Shown one piece after another: positions 1 to 11,743 of a stretch of 64,000 nt of DNA. Within the stretch, counting starts at the first letter, position 1, and the number at the start of each line of letters is the position of its first letter. Made by a program: the position numbers and the translations under genes. Source of the stretch: Dimorphilus gyrociliatus (taxonomy: Eukaryota > Animalia > Annelida); NCBI GenBank assembly GCA_904063045.1, contig CAJFCJ010000018.1, positions 682,001 through 746,000 of the forward strand, written 5' to 3'. The notes under the pieces are model-generated. The model was not told the origin of the DNA. It did not search any database and saw only the letters and a program-made list of their open reading frames with translations.

Positions 1-300
1 TATTTAATATATTACTTGTTGAAATTAGAAACTTTCCAATTGCTTCTCAGTCAGTATATCCAAAAGTAAAAAGGCACGATACTTAAAGAAACTTGCTTTC
101 AATTTTCTGGACACTGAATATTACATTCCCACTCAGAACTGTTTTTGCTTGAGCAATCAGTTTTGTCTGTTCGTTATTATCGCTGTTGTTTATTATTATT
201 TTTAAAGGCAATATTATGCTTTTATTTTAAAATATTTTTTAAGATTTTACCGTTTACATTTTAACTAATTTTGAGAAATTGTTTGGTGATAAGAAAGACC

Positions 301-3300
301 ATGTCTCGCTCTTTAAACTCACCCACGGGAACTTTTACTGGGATTCTTACTCCAGAAATGCAATTGGCAAGAATTCTTAGAGATATCGAAGGTACCAAGG
401 ACTATATTACAAATATGTTTTAAGGCTAATTTCAATTTTATTGAAAACACTGATCTAGGGGATTTGATTCTCTTTCTAAGAGATGGGACATTTTAGAATC
501 ATATGATCAATGTCTAATAATTGCGTAATGCATTGTTTTCTGTTCTAGATTGTATTGAAAAGCTGAAAGAAGAGTTCCAATATGACCATTTTCCTTTAAA
601 TGATGACAAAGTAAGCGTTCAAAAGTTTTGTGCAAAAATCGAACTTCTTTTACAAGTTGGCTTAAAAGGTATATACAAAGTACATTTTTTCCTACAAGCT
701 TAAAAGACTATAAGCCCTTTGAAAGAGAATTTTCCAAAGTAATAACTCACTTGGAACTAAAATTGACCTAATTTTGTGGGTCTTTCTTAAAATTCCAATT
801 ACGGGGCTTCTATTTAAAGATATTGTCGCTAATATACTCCTTATTTATAAGCATTAATATCCTTAAATAGTAAATCATATATCTAATTTATTAGATAAAA
901 GAAGCGTTTTAGGCAACAAAAAGGATTATTGGGATTATATTTGCCAATGTATATCTGGTCAGGATCATCTTGCCGATGCTGTACGACTTGTAAAGAGAAT
1001 ATCAGAGGTTAAAATTCTAGTCTTCTGCAACATTGATAATTTATAATATACCATATTTCTTAGATTAAAACTTCAAAGGGTAGGGGGAGAGCTTTAATAA
1101 GATTTTGTCTTGTTCATCAAAGATTGGCTGATACTTTGCAACATTGTGTTTTATCAATTGAAGTAACAAGGTAAATATTGTCTTCTCTCTTTAAATAAGA
1201 ATATTTGAGATAGCATAATTTTTCAACAAGAAAATGGTATCATCCCAAATCCTTGTTGTTTAACAAGAGAAATTCTATGGAATTGATAAACAGGCTGTAT
1301 GATTTGAATGATATTCAATTTGATTTACCTTGTCAAGGTTATGATCTCGATATTTCATGGCCTAGTTTTTCTCGGTAAGTTTTGATAATAATAATCTCAA
1401 GATAATAGTGATTTCATGTCGTCATTTTTCAGGAAAGTTCTCCCTATTACAGTAACTTCTCCCCCATCAATGCGAAATTCAATTAGCATGCAATCTTCGA
1501 TCGATGGTGCTAGTCAACATAGTTCATCACCAACTCAATCCGAATGCTCCCAGTTAGACGAAAGTATCCTTGATTCATTCGCCATTAAACTGGATCTACA
1601 AGTAAATTTTGCAATTTTTACCATTCAACGTTTTCATGAATGGGATTTAACAATTAAGTTTTAAAATAGGTAAAACTAGAAAATTTAGAAATGGAAAAGG
1701 CTGATTTGGCCAGAAAATTAAAAAATGCCGAAGAGGACAATATTAGAATAGAAGGAAAATGTAACGAATACGCTTTGAGGTTTAGTCTATTTTATTTTTT
1801 TAAAGTTTTTTTAATAATTAAATCTTTTAATATCTATAGATTAGAGTCAACAAAATCTGAAATGTTAATAAAGGAAAAAAGCTGGTCAGAAAAGGAAAAT
1901 GAACTTCGTGCAAGACTGCAAACTTCAGAAGATAAAGCAGAAAGTTTACAAGACAAAATTAAGGTTTATCATCATATTACTTTCTTGTCATTACCGATTG
2001 CACTTTTTTTTTTGACAGGACTTAAGTGAGGGGCTTTCAGCTGCAATGTCCCAGTATGCTTCAGGGTCAACAGAATTACTTAATCAGTTGAAAGTTCAAT
2101 TCAATGAGAGTTCCAAAAATGAAATAAACGAAAACCAAAACCTATCATTTAAAATCGACGCTTTAGAGAAATCTGTAAACGAAAAAAATGCCTTACAAGA
2201 TCGTGTAGATATTCTAGTCGTTCAATTAGCCGAAATGAAGGACAACCTCAGAACTTGTGAGAAAGAGTTATTATATAAAGAGAATCTTATTGAAGAATTG
2301 CAGAGCCAAGTTGGGTCAAAAAGTGAAAAAGTTTTGATGTCGGAATTGGATGACCTGAAACTGCAGTTATTACAAAAAGAGACTAAACTGCTAGAAAATG
2401 AAAGGCAGATGCTTGAGTATGAAAAACTTAATGATGATTTAAAAAGAGAGAACTCATCGCATAGTAGAGAAAATACAGAGATTGAATCGACAACTAAGAA
2501 ATTAGAAAGTGAAGTTGAAATTCTGAATCTTCAAAATGAAGAATTAATGGATAGCATTAAAAAGCTTGATCTTGCTTTAAGCGAACAAATTAAAGCTAAA
2601 GAAGATCTAATTTCTATGAAAGATGAAATAACTAGAGAGACACTTGGAAAAGATAAACTAATCAAAGATTTGGAGCTTAGAATTGAAAATTTAAGCAAGA
2701 TAGAATCGTTAGAATTACGATTTGAAGAACTTCAATCAGTAAGTGTTTCTTACTTGGCAAGAGTTTACCATCAGGACATATTGCAAGATAGTAAATTTCG
2801 TTACTTGCGAATTCTTTACAGGAAAACAATCAATTGACAAAAGATCTAACGGAAAAAGAATTGACTAATTCCCAATTGCAGCAATCATTACATGACATCA
2901 AGCGTGATTTAACAGAGCAAATCGATGAATTAAGGTAAGAAAAGGAGATTATCTTTACGAAATATTTTCTCCGGGTAGCTTTTTCTACATCTATAATCTT
3001 TTACAATTTCCTTTTTTATTGTATAATTATTAGATTTAGGATCAGTTAATAGATGTCGCCACATTTATCAACAATTGTATTTGTAAAAGAAAAAGAGATG
3101 TAGAATTCCTAAATTTTCTCAAAGAAATCCTAATATTTTATGCTAATTAACGAAAGCGATACCCTTTTTCATTGATTTTCAGGATTTTATATAAAATTTT
3201 GTGAGTGAAACCTGCACAAAGTAATGATTCTCTAATTGCCTATCGCCTTCGCTTAATGAAACTCTATCGATTATCTTAATTCTTTTAAGTTTTAATCCTT

Positions 3301-6034
3301 TCTTCTACTATTTTTAGATCAACTAGTGAGACCGAAAATCAACAGGCACAGTTCTCCTTGAGTGAACTTGATCATTTAAAATCAGAAATTCTGGACAAAA
3401 AGGTTTTTATATTACTAAGTAAAGATCTAAGTAAAGATACATTTATCGAAAGTATCGAATACGCTGGCAGTTTGAAAAATATGAAATTGAATTAATTAAT
3501 TTATTGATACGTCTTGAATAATTGTAAACTTATAGAATTCTTCCGATATTTATTTATCTCATGCTAAGTAAAGTTGTAGCTTACTCCGACAACGTATTCA
3601 CCGTCGCTAAACGCATATTTAATCAAAGATTATTATTCATAAGAAATAAGGAATTATTAAATATTGATTTCGAATTATAGCAATCAAGTGGTCATTTATT
3701 AAGTTATCATATAGCTGCAATTGTTTTTTCGCTTAAAATAAATTGTTTTTCTATTAATTTGTTACTAAAAAATTTGTGATAATTTTTATAGAAGCTCTCT
3801 GAAACAACGGAAAAAGAAAATGCCGACTTGAAGGAAAAAGTGGAACAGTTGAAAGAAAAGTTAGAAGAAAGTCTATTAAACACCGTAGGCAACCTTTTTT
3901 CTTACTAATAATATATAACAAATACTATTAGATTATCTTTGAACTAGATTTTACATTACGAATGACTTTCGATTAGATATAGGATAAGTTAGGATATTTA
4001 AATATCAGATAAATTATGTCAATTTGTAACAAATTATTGCGAAAGTTAATTACTAATAATACTTTGACGCCCGGGCAGAAAATGGCAAACGAATCGAATA
4101 AGAAATTGGAGAATATATGTGAAACGTTAGAGCAGAAGATAAGCGCGTTGAACTTTCAGGTTAGCACTCAACAGTTGGAAACGGAGAGAAACCTACAGGT
4201 AAAGGTCATTTGAACAAACCTAAATATTGTTTAAACCAAAAATTAACCTAATAGTAGGTGTCACTAGCTATTTACATATATATTTTATATATATTTGTTT
4301 GCCCAAACCCAGACTGTAACTGAATCTAAAACTGCTCTGCATTTAATGAAACAAAAGTATAATAATCAAGAAGAACTTATTGAGAGTCAACAATCTGAAT
4401 TAGAATCAATTGGACAACAACTTACCAAAGAACAAGAAGAAAGAACAAAAGTTGAAATAAAATTGAAAGAAGATCGTAAAACGTTGACAGACGAGTGCAA
4501 GTTATTAAAGAGAGAGTTAGCGAAAACTTGCGATAGATTGGAAGAAGAGTCAAAAACATTTTATGAATACAAAAAACAAAAACAACAGAAGGAGGAAGAG
4601 TTGCAGGAGGAATTGAAATTGGCAAGGGAAAGTTTGGAGATTTTGGAAGCCGATCATAATTTATTAAAGGATAGTCTAGTGAAAATGATAAGGTAAGTTA
4701 CCCATTCTTTCATAACTTTTTGCAGTAGCCGATAAAAACAAATATAATTTAATAAAATTACAGAGACAAAGCTGATTTATGGGCTGAGAATAATGCTCTA
4801 AAAACAAGAGAGAGTTGTAGATCAATATCTGGTTGGGTAGACGATTCTGAAGCTACAGAGTGCTATTCGTGTAAAACTTCTTTTTCATTAACTTTCCGCA
4901 GAGTTAGTTAAGTACAATTTTTATGATAATATACTTGTTAAAAAGCAGAAATAGTCATAAACTATTTTATTCCCTTATAAATACAGCATCATTGCCGTAT
5001 TTGCTTACGCATATTCTGCAAGAATTGCGCCAATAATCTTATCAGCTCCCCAGATAATTGCAAGTGAGTAAAATGATCTGAATAATACAAATTTCTGTTT
5101 GTATTACCCTTAAAAGAATTTGAATAATACTTCTTTTGACAATTAGTAATAAAATTCGAGTTTGCGACCTTTGTTTCTCTCTTCAAAAGGAAATCGATAC
5201 AAGCAATCTTCTGCAGTTAGTAAAACATGTTTTATAGAATTATTTTTTTGGTGAATTGCTGAATTGATTGAATGAAAATAGTTTTCGTCTATAGGAATCA
5301 CATCCCGGAGGAGTCGAATTTCGACGTGATCAGTGAGGAAGAAGTAAGAGAGTCCTTAGACGAGTCTCGTGAAGTTGATAAATATGGGTTAGTTTTATCT
5401 ATATATTTGCTTTTATTATTATTCAATTTTTATTCTTCCTAAATATTTTTAAATAACTTTTGTTTCTCTTATCTGAAAATTCTAGAGGACGAGTTATAAA
5501 TAAAAATGATATAATCAATGGAAAAGCCGCTTTTCATGAGAGAACGATATCTCCAAAACAAGTTGTAAATTTTCCGATATTAATTGATAGTGGAGGCGTC
5601 AGTTTATCATGGTCTTTTAAAACCAAACCGAAAAATATTACCTTTGGTATAACGTATTATAAAAGTGCTGATATGACCGAAAGTGGCGATGAAGAAATTT
5701 TATTACAACTTGACAGCGTTCCGTCTCACAAGGACAACGTAAATGGCTCTATTGAGGCTCATGAACCGGGGGTCTATGTTCTAATTTTTGATAATACAAT
5801 TTCTAAGTAAGTTAATTAAGAATCCATAAGCTCTACTATTCACCTAAGAAAACAATCTAATCTATTGTGATCCGAATAGGTTTTTGGATCATATATTGTA
5901 AACCTCTTTTCTTACAGTTAACGATCCTTTAGTTGCGTTAATTCTTTTGCTCATCAAACAGATTAACACAGAAGATATTAACTCTCGAACTGAAGATTAC
6001 GGTTGAAACTCAAACGAAAAGCATCCTTACGTGA
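301..6034 (+). CDS. FYCO1: FYVE and coiled-coil domain-containing protein 1 (RUN - coiled coil - FYVE - LIR - GOLD), multi-exon
   Basis: ATG at 301 ([10 protein letters not shown]...). RUN-like exons include [21 protein letters not shown] and [14 protein letters not shown]. Long coiled-coil exons lie at 1691-4693. FYVE residues [16 protein letters not shown]|HHCRIC..C..C..RVCDLC lie at about 4830-5180, a LIR (FDVISEEE) at 5320 and a GOLD domain at about 5480-5805. The last exon 5962-6034 gives [29 protein letters not shown]. Junction phases were checked for most introns. Confidence 0.9.
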
Positions 6035-6156
6035 TTAACTCTAGAACTGCTTTCTTCATTTTATTTGTTCTATTAGTATATAATACATGTCGTGTTTTAT
6101 ATTCAAAACCAAATTGTCGACGAGTTCGTGAAGACACAACACCAAAGTATATAATA

Positions 6157-6628
6157 CTATGATTCGTCCGCGCTTCCATAAATAGGTGTCAAACGTAAGT
6201 CAGGTCTAAAAGAACAGACAGAAAATTAAAGGTGAAGGAAAAATGAAAAGGTCAAATTTATCTTTCATCTTTTTAATTCGAAGTAATAAATAAAACCTAC
6301 CCGAAGCATTCGTAAAAAGGTAGGTCGGGTAATCTGTAGCACGAAATTCCATTTTCACCCCTAATGATTTCTTGATTCACATACCCACCTAATGAAAATA
6401 AAATTGAAAGAAAAATTCAAACATATCCATTAATCTTTGAAAAATAGATTAATGACAAATATAAGGAAAATATGCTTCAAAAGAATATTTTATAAAACAA
6501 AGTATATACAAACTTCTTTTTCCAAATCTTAAGGGACGAAAAACTTGCGATTTCTTGCTTGCATTATGCGGAGTAAAGCAGCAAATTAAAACGGAGAGGA
6601 AGAGGAAAAATACGAAAGTTTTGTTCAT
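6157..6628 (-). CDS. Luqin/RYamide-type neuropeptide precursor, 83 aa, 3 exons (6628-6514, 6388-6301, 6205-6157)
   Basis: Spliced translation: MNKTFVFFLFLSVLICCFTPHNASKKSQVFRPLRFGKRSGYVNQEIIRGENGISCYRLPDLPFYECFGPDLRLTPIYGSADES*. It has a hydrophobic signal peptide, RF-G-KR amidation/cleavage site and a C-x10-C pair. Both GT-AG introns (125 and 95 bp) are phase-consistent. Below the 60-aa ORF-track cutoff. Confidence 0.8.
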
Positions 6629-6656
6629 GTTCCTGCTCGGAGAAATAAGGAGGAAA

Positions 6657-6826
6657 TAACAAAGATCTTACGGCTCGCATCTTTTATAATAGCGGAGAGG
6701 ATGCATAAATTTAAGCGTCAATGGGAAAATTTATGCGGGCGTTTTTATTACAGACGTTTCTTCTTTATTTTCGTCTATTATTATCCAGATTTATCCACTA
6801 AAAATATTCTATATTAAGTGACGTCA
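6657..6826 (-). promoter_or_regulatory. Core promoter of the neuropeptide gene: TATAAAA (6688-6682), Inr-like TTATTTC about 31 nt downstream, half-CRE TGACG (6720-6716), full CRE TGACGTCA (6819-6826)
   Basis: Motifs read directly from the sequence, with canonical TATA-Inr spacing. CREs are common in neuropeptide promoters. Function is inferred. Confidence 0.5.
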
Positions 6827-7397
6827 GAGACATATTTATTTCGTGGGCGACTGAAAATCTAAATATTGATTCTCATCCCAAAAATTCATGTATTGGCTAC
6901 ATATACAAGTGCTTAGGCTTATAAATCTTACAAAAATGAAATAATACTGTTGACTTATCACTCGTATAGCTTTTCCATTTTTATGACAAGCCAAAATATA
7001 TTTATAGTAACAAAAGAGAACAAAAAAAAGAACACCTGTGTTGTACAACGTAAATTATCTGTATTTAAGTTTTATAAACCAAGTTTTTTAGCTGCTCTTT
7101 CAAACCTACCTTTCGTTCTTTTTCGCCCCGCAGCGAAAATACGAAATGGAGCGTTTACTCTGTTGGACATAAGCCTATAATTTTTTCGCAACGAGTGTTA
7201 ATTATAAAGCTTGTGATACATTCGATACGAATCCGTTTAATTAAAGGAACTAGGATAGTATCATTGTTAAGTGTTACATAGATAGATATCGAACCGTAGA
7301 GAAAAAAATTATAGAGGTATAGTTTTATTTCTCTATAACTAGGACTTGTTTATGCCTTTTATTATTAAAGCGTGACGATAAACAATACGACAAAAAG

Positions 7398-7430
7398 TAT
7401 ATAAACTTTAGTGCATTCAGTCAATCAGTT
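7398..7430 (+). promoter_or_regulatory. TATA box (TATATAAA 7398-7405) plus initiator TCAGTT (7425-7430)
   Basis: TATA lies 29 nt upstream of the Inr adenine (7427), and the ATG follows at 7453. Confidence 0.6.
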
Positions 7431-7452
7431 ACTCAATATCTCAATTTCAACA

Positions 7453-7901
7453 ATGAAAGGTAAAAAGGAATCAAGTTTTTCAAATGAACTATCTTCTTCG
7501 TAAAGTATAGGTGTCGCCATACATATATATATATATACGTTGTAGCTTATAGTATTTGCTATATATATATATACTGCATAATAATTTATATATCTGTATA
7601 TATTTAAATATTTATGTCTAGCATATTCAATAGATGTCGCCATTGAGCTCGAATATTTAGTTAAATTTCTTGTTCTTTTTTTTCTTTAGTTTTTATTTGG
7701 TGCATTGTTCTCCTGGTTTGCTTAACTAGCGTAGAAGGGGCGAAAGCATTCTCAGAATCAGTTTTACCCAAATCACTTTTGGAGAAATACAGGCAGTTGG
7801 TAGAAATAGCGGATTGCAAAAGTGAGGAATGCAAAGCGGCTAGTGCCGCTATTGTAGAATGGTTAAAGGAAAATGGCTATGAATGTCCTAATACTTGGTA
7901 G
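7453..7901 (+). CDS. Small secreted protein, 72 aa, 2 exons (7453-7459, 7690-7901), function unknown
   Basis: ATG AAA G|gtaaaa...tttctttag|TT TTT ATT TGG gives MKVFIWCIVLLVCLTSVEGAKAFSESVLPKSLLEKYRQLVEIADCKSEECKAASAAIVEWLKENGYECPNTW*. It has a typical signal peptide and a TATA+Inr directly upstream. Not in the ORF track. Confidence 0.75.
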
Positions 7902-8119
7902 GACAACTCTTTTTGGAAAACTCCATTTGCTAAAAATACATATGTGTCTAAAAATGAAATCCTTATACTAATTTGACTTTTTATATGTAGTGTGTTTATA
8001 CTTTTAAACAGTAGATGGAGCTTTTAACATGTTAATTTAAAAAGAAATATTATCTTATTGGCTTTCTCAAATAAAACACGTTTATAAAAACATTTAAACC
8101 TCAAATAGAAATTATCAAT

Positions 8120-9843
8120 ATGTCAATTCTTATCATTATCATAAAACTTTTACTCATTCAGTACTCTTCTTTATCCAAACTTATCTGTAACAAATCCATG
8201 ATAAACTCAACCATTCAACTGATAAGTTTAAGATTGGACAACTGCGAATATGTAGAAGAGATACACTTTAGTTGTTCAACAAATAAATCATTGGGAGTTG
8301 ATTATTTAAACCTAACCAATAAATATATCTTTAAAAGTATTGTTTTAGATAATTGTATTAACTCGCCAATAGTTTTAAAGAAAGTGATAGAATCGGAAAA
8401 CAATATTTATATCGAAAAGATTGAAGCCTTAAGGGAATGCCACCTTAAGACTGTCAACAATCGGATCGAAATGCCTTGGCTTAGGGAATTAAAGTTACGT
8501 AAATGCGGAATAGAAAATATTTTCGGCTTACCATCTTCAATAAGGTTATTGACATATACGAAACGAAGTTAATTACATAGAGAAAGTTTTCAGCAAAACA
8601 CTTCAATTGTATATTTTTTTTACTAGCAGAAACAATAATTAAACTTTTATACAGACGTTAATTAATTATCCTAGCAACCAATTTACTATTCCTACACATC
8701 GTTTCATATACGTCTTTTTCCCAAGGTTAGATTGAAAGTAATTGATCTATCAGAAAATCAAATTGTGTCTATCGAGAGAAGCAATGAAAATCGAAAAATC
8801 GAGTATTGGTTCGATACGATAACAGTAAACTTAAGTAAAAGCTTTCAACAAGCTTTATCTGATTTCAAGAAAATTGAAATGCTCGTTAACTTGACTTACA
8901 GTTTACCATTTAACAGTCAATTAAGTATTGACTTTACAAACAATAATCTTGAACGCATTATAGGTCTTAACACACCAAACAAAACATCGATTATTGAGAT
9001 GGATATAAGAAAAAATCCAATTATAAGCATTGATCCATCAATTTTTAAAGAAAACCTTATTATGTCATTACGAGTTGATGATAATATTATGTCAAAGATT
9101 GTTTCTTCAGATAAGCCTGGAAACAATTCGAATACTTGCCAATTGTTTACTCATTACTATTTAAATATAATAGGTTCAACTTTGGGTGATGAAAAGGCGG
9201 GATTTAATTTTTCAAGTTCAATAATTCAAATCAATAAATTCGTTCTATTGAACTCTGTACCAAGAAAAAACTAAATCCCTGCTAAATTTTATAGGCTAAG
9301 GAATATACACCTAAAAATATGAAAATTGTATACTTTGAACAGGATTTTACTGTGTTATGCATAGGGGAAATTCCAGCTGAACCGACAACTTGTCTCAAAT
9401 CACCGATTCTTAAGGTAAACCATCGATTTCTTACGGATGATAAGCTTCGGTTTGATGGCCTCAAGACTTTTGGTACAATTGATCGTAACTATGTTAATCT
9501 CGATGTAGAGTGCGTACAAGGTATTAAATCGGTAAGAAAAGTTATTCCTAGTTTGTCAGCCGAATTGCACAACTTAAAGATTGAAAAGCAAATGCCAAGA
9601 GAAGGTGTTGAAACGACAACGGTTTATTTTATAATTGCTTTTGTTGCATCAGTAATTATTTTCATTGGCTGTATTCTTTTCTATTGTTTAAGAATAATTA
9701 AAATGAAATTTAGAAAAAAAGGTTTCAGGAGTGACAGTTTTACATCAGTTTCCGGTGGATACAATTTGACATCAGCCACAACTATGAGGCAATCAGCCGT
9801 TGAACGTTTGAGGAAGTTTGACAACAACTTAAACGAGAGTTAA
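8120..9843 (+). CDS. Divergent LRR-like single-pass membrane protein (putative, 3 exons)
   Basis: Three collinear ORFs. They show a hydrophobic N-terminus, LRR-like repeats (LRELKLRKCGI, LKVIDLSENQI, IDFTNNNL, MDIRKNPI), one TM helix (VYFIIAFVASVIIFIGCILFYCL) followed by basic residues, and a short tail. Candidate intron 8545-8730 joins ..SSIR|LKVIDLSEN. The second junction (about 9257-9294) is uncertain. Confidence 0.55.
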
Positions 9844-10081
9844 ATCACGTAGGATAAAAGATTATCAGTCTTTTCTTTTGTTGCTTAATAAACATAAAGA
9901 ATAGATTCCATAATAACAAAATATATGTGCCTTATCAAACAACATTTGAATTTGAGGAGTATTCAATTACGTCTATGTAACATATGCTTTCATTCTTTAA
10001 ACTAATTGTAGTCCTTCATTCTCTTACTTCTTAATAATTTTTTTAAAATATCTAAAACTTGTATTTTTTTTTCCATATTCT

Positions 10082-10916
10082 TTAACTATTTATTTTCCGT
10101 CTACACTGTCGATCGTGCTCTTTTAATTGTTTTCTTGTACTAAAGCGACATCCACATAAGGTGCATTGATAGAGTTTTGCTTCGGGATGTTTTCTTAGTA
10201 TATGGCCTTCTAAATTTCCTCTTGTTGCAAATTTCGACGAACAGATCTTACATTCGAAAGGTTTTTCCCCAGTATGAATTCGTACGTGCATTGTTAAATG
10301 AGCTTTTGAAGGCCAACTTTTACCGCACGTTTCACATGTGTACTTTTGATGTGTCTGTTGAAATAGAATCGTATAATCAATATTATAACTAACAAAATCT
10401 GAATATAACCTTATTCTGTTGAACCTGAGATTGAGAAATTTCCTTCTTTTTTAAAGGTGACTTAAAAGTTCCTTTATTTTGTAAAATTTTCTTTTTGACT
10501 GCCTCTTTTACGTCATCACTCCTCGAACAAGTTGCCCCTGGTAAAGGCTGTGCAACCGATGTCATATCCATGTTTGATTGTAATAGTGCAGAAAAAACTG
10601 TTTTTTTTGGTTTGTTTGAATTTGGGGTAACCATCTCAAATAAGTATCCATTGTCTTCCTCATCCATCACTTCTAGTTTCAAATCAACATCTTCTATGCT
10701 ACTATCTTCTATTTCCTCAATATCTTCAACTTCTGATATATCCACATGCTTCTCAATTTTAAGTAACAGAACATTTTCGTTTGGTAAAGTAACGCCAATC
10801 ATAGCATCAATATCAAAGTTAAAATGATATTCTTTCGCAAGATGACCGCGGATTATATTGGCTATATTATCGCTCAAAGTGCTTAATAGTATTTCTTTAT
10901 CCTCCTTCTGGATCAT
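10082..10916 (-). CDS. C2H2 zinc-finger protein, 3 fingers, with an unannotated N-terminal domain; 2 exons
   Basis: Exon 1 runs 10916 to about 10409 and is followed by a short intron (AAG|gttata..tcaacag). Exon 2 reads [51 protein letters not shown]. Confidence 0.8.
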
Positions 10917-11743
10917 GCTTTCAGTTTTATGGAAACGAATCGAAAATTACTAGCCAATTGCTAAACAGCTCTTTAGTTGTCAGAGGGTAACGCTTAATTC
11001 CAAAAGAGGCGCAGAGACGTTTCCGAACGGAATCTCAATTTATCGATAGATGACGCTACTTACGCCAGTGTTTAAGCGCTAATTTCGAATCATAAATTAT
11101 TAATGCTAACTCTACAACAAATGACATTATTAACTAGTTCTATTCCATTAATAAATAAGATAATCCATACTAGTTTTATCTCTCTTAATATTCGTCGGGT
11201 TACATATTTCACTATATTTGATTAAGGGCTATTTCATAGAAGAAAGACGAATAAAAGACTTGTAATCCGAGGGAGGTTTTAATTACCCAGCGGTTTTTTG
11301 CTACATCATATTTAACTTAATCTGGTCAATATTACATCTTTTTATGTTTCTCTAGCTGAATTTCATATCATTGATTGTTAATTAAAACCATAGGTCAATG
11401 TTATTCTCTCTAAATTTCCTTTCATATTTGATTAGAAATTCTAAACTAGTCGATAATATCGAGAACAATGTTATTCAATTATATATTTAAATTACGGCTA
11501 CTCCGGACATGTGTTTGCGCATTCCATAAAAAGAACAGGTATTCGTTTTCATTTTGGAAATAAATCAAAAGGTTTTCTTTCACACATGTAAAAAGAATTT
11601 TATTTTTTGTTTATATGTCATAATATCGTTAATGATAATGAAGAATATTATCTAAGATTTAAAAAAAAAGTAATGGAGAGGAGACATGGAATCGAGGAAT
11701 TTCAAGCAAACTTAAAATCATTGTAGGGTGAAAAATCACAGAT

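Noticed and set aside
857-866. ATATCCTTAA resembling a U12 5' splice site
   Set aside because: It lies inside an ordinary GT-AG FYCO1 intron whose flanking exons already join in frame.
521-5810. Fragmented ORFs that could be read as frameshifted pseudogenes (FYCO1; likewise TAF5 and SPOP)
   Set aside because: The breaks coincide with short GT-AG introns that restore the frame.
10495-10827. 110-aa plus ORF, plus similar overlapping ORFs at 11789-12407, 16198-16530, 47529-47989 and 60840-61811
   Set aside because: Antisense or off-frame shadows of real exons or of low-complexity Pro/Gly coding sequence.
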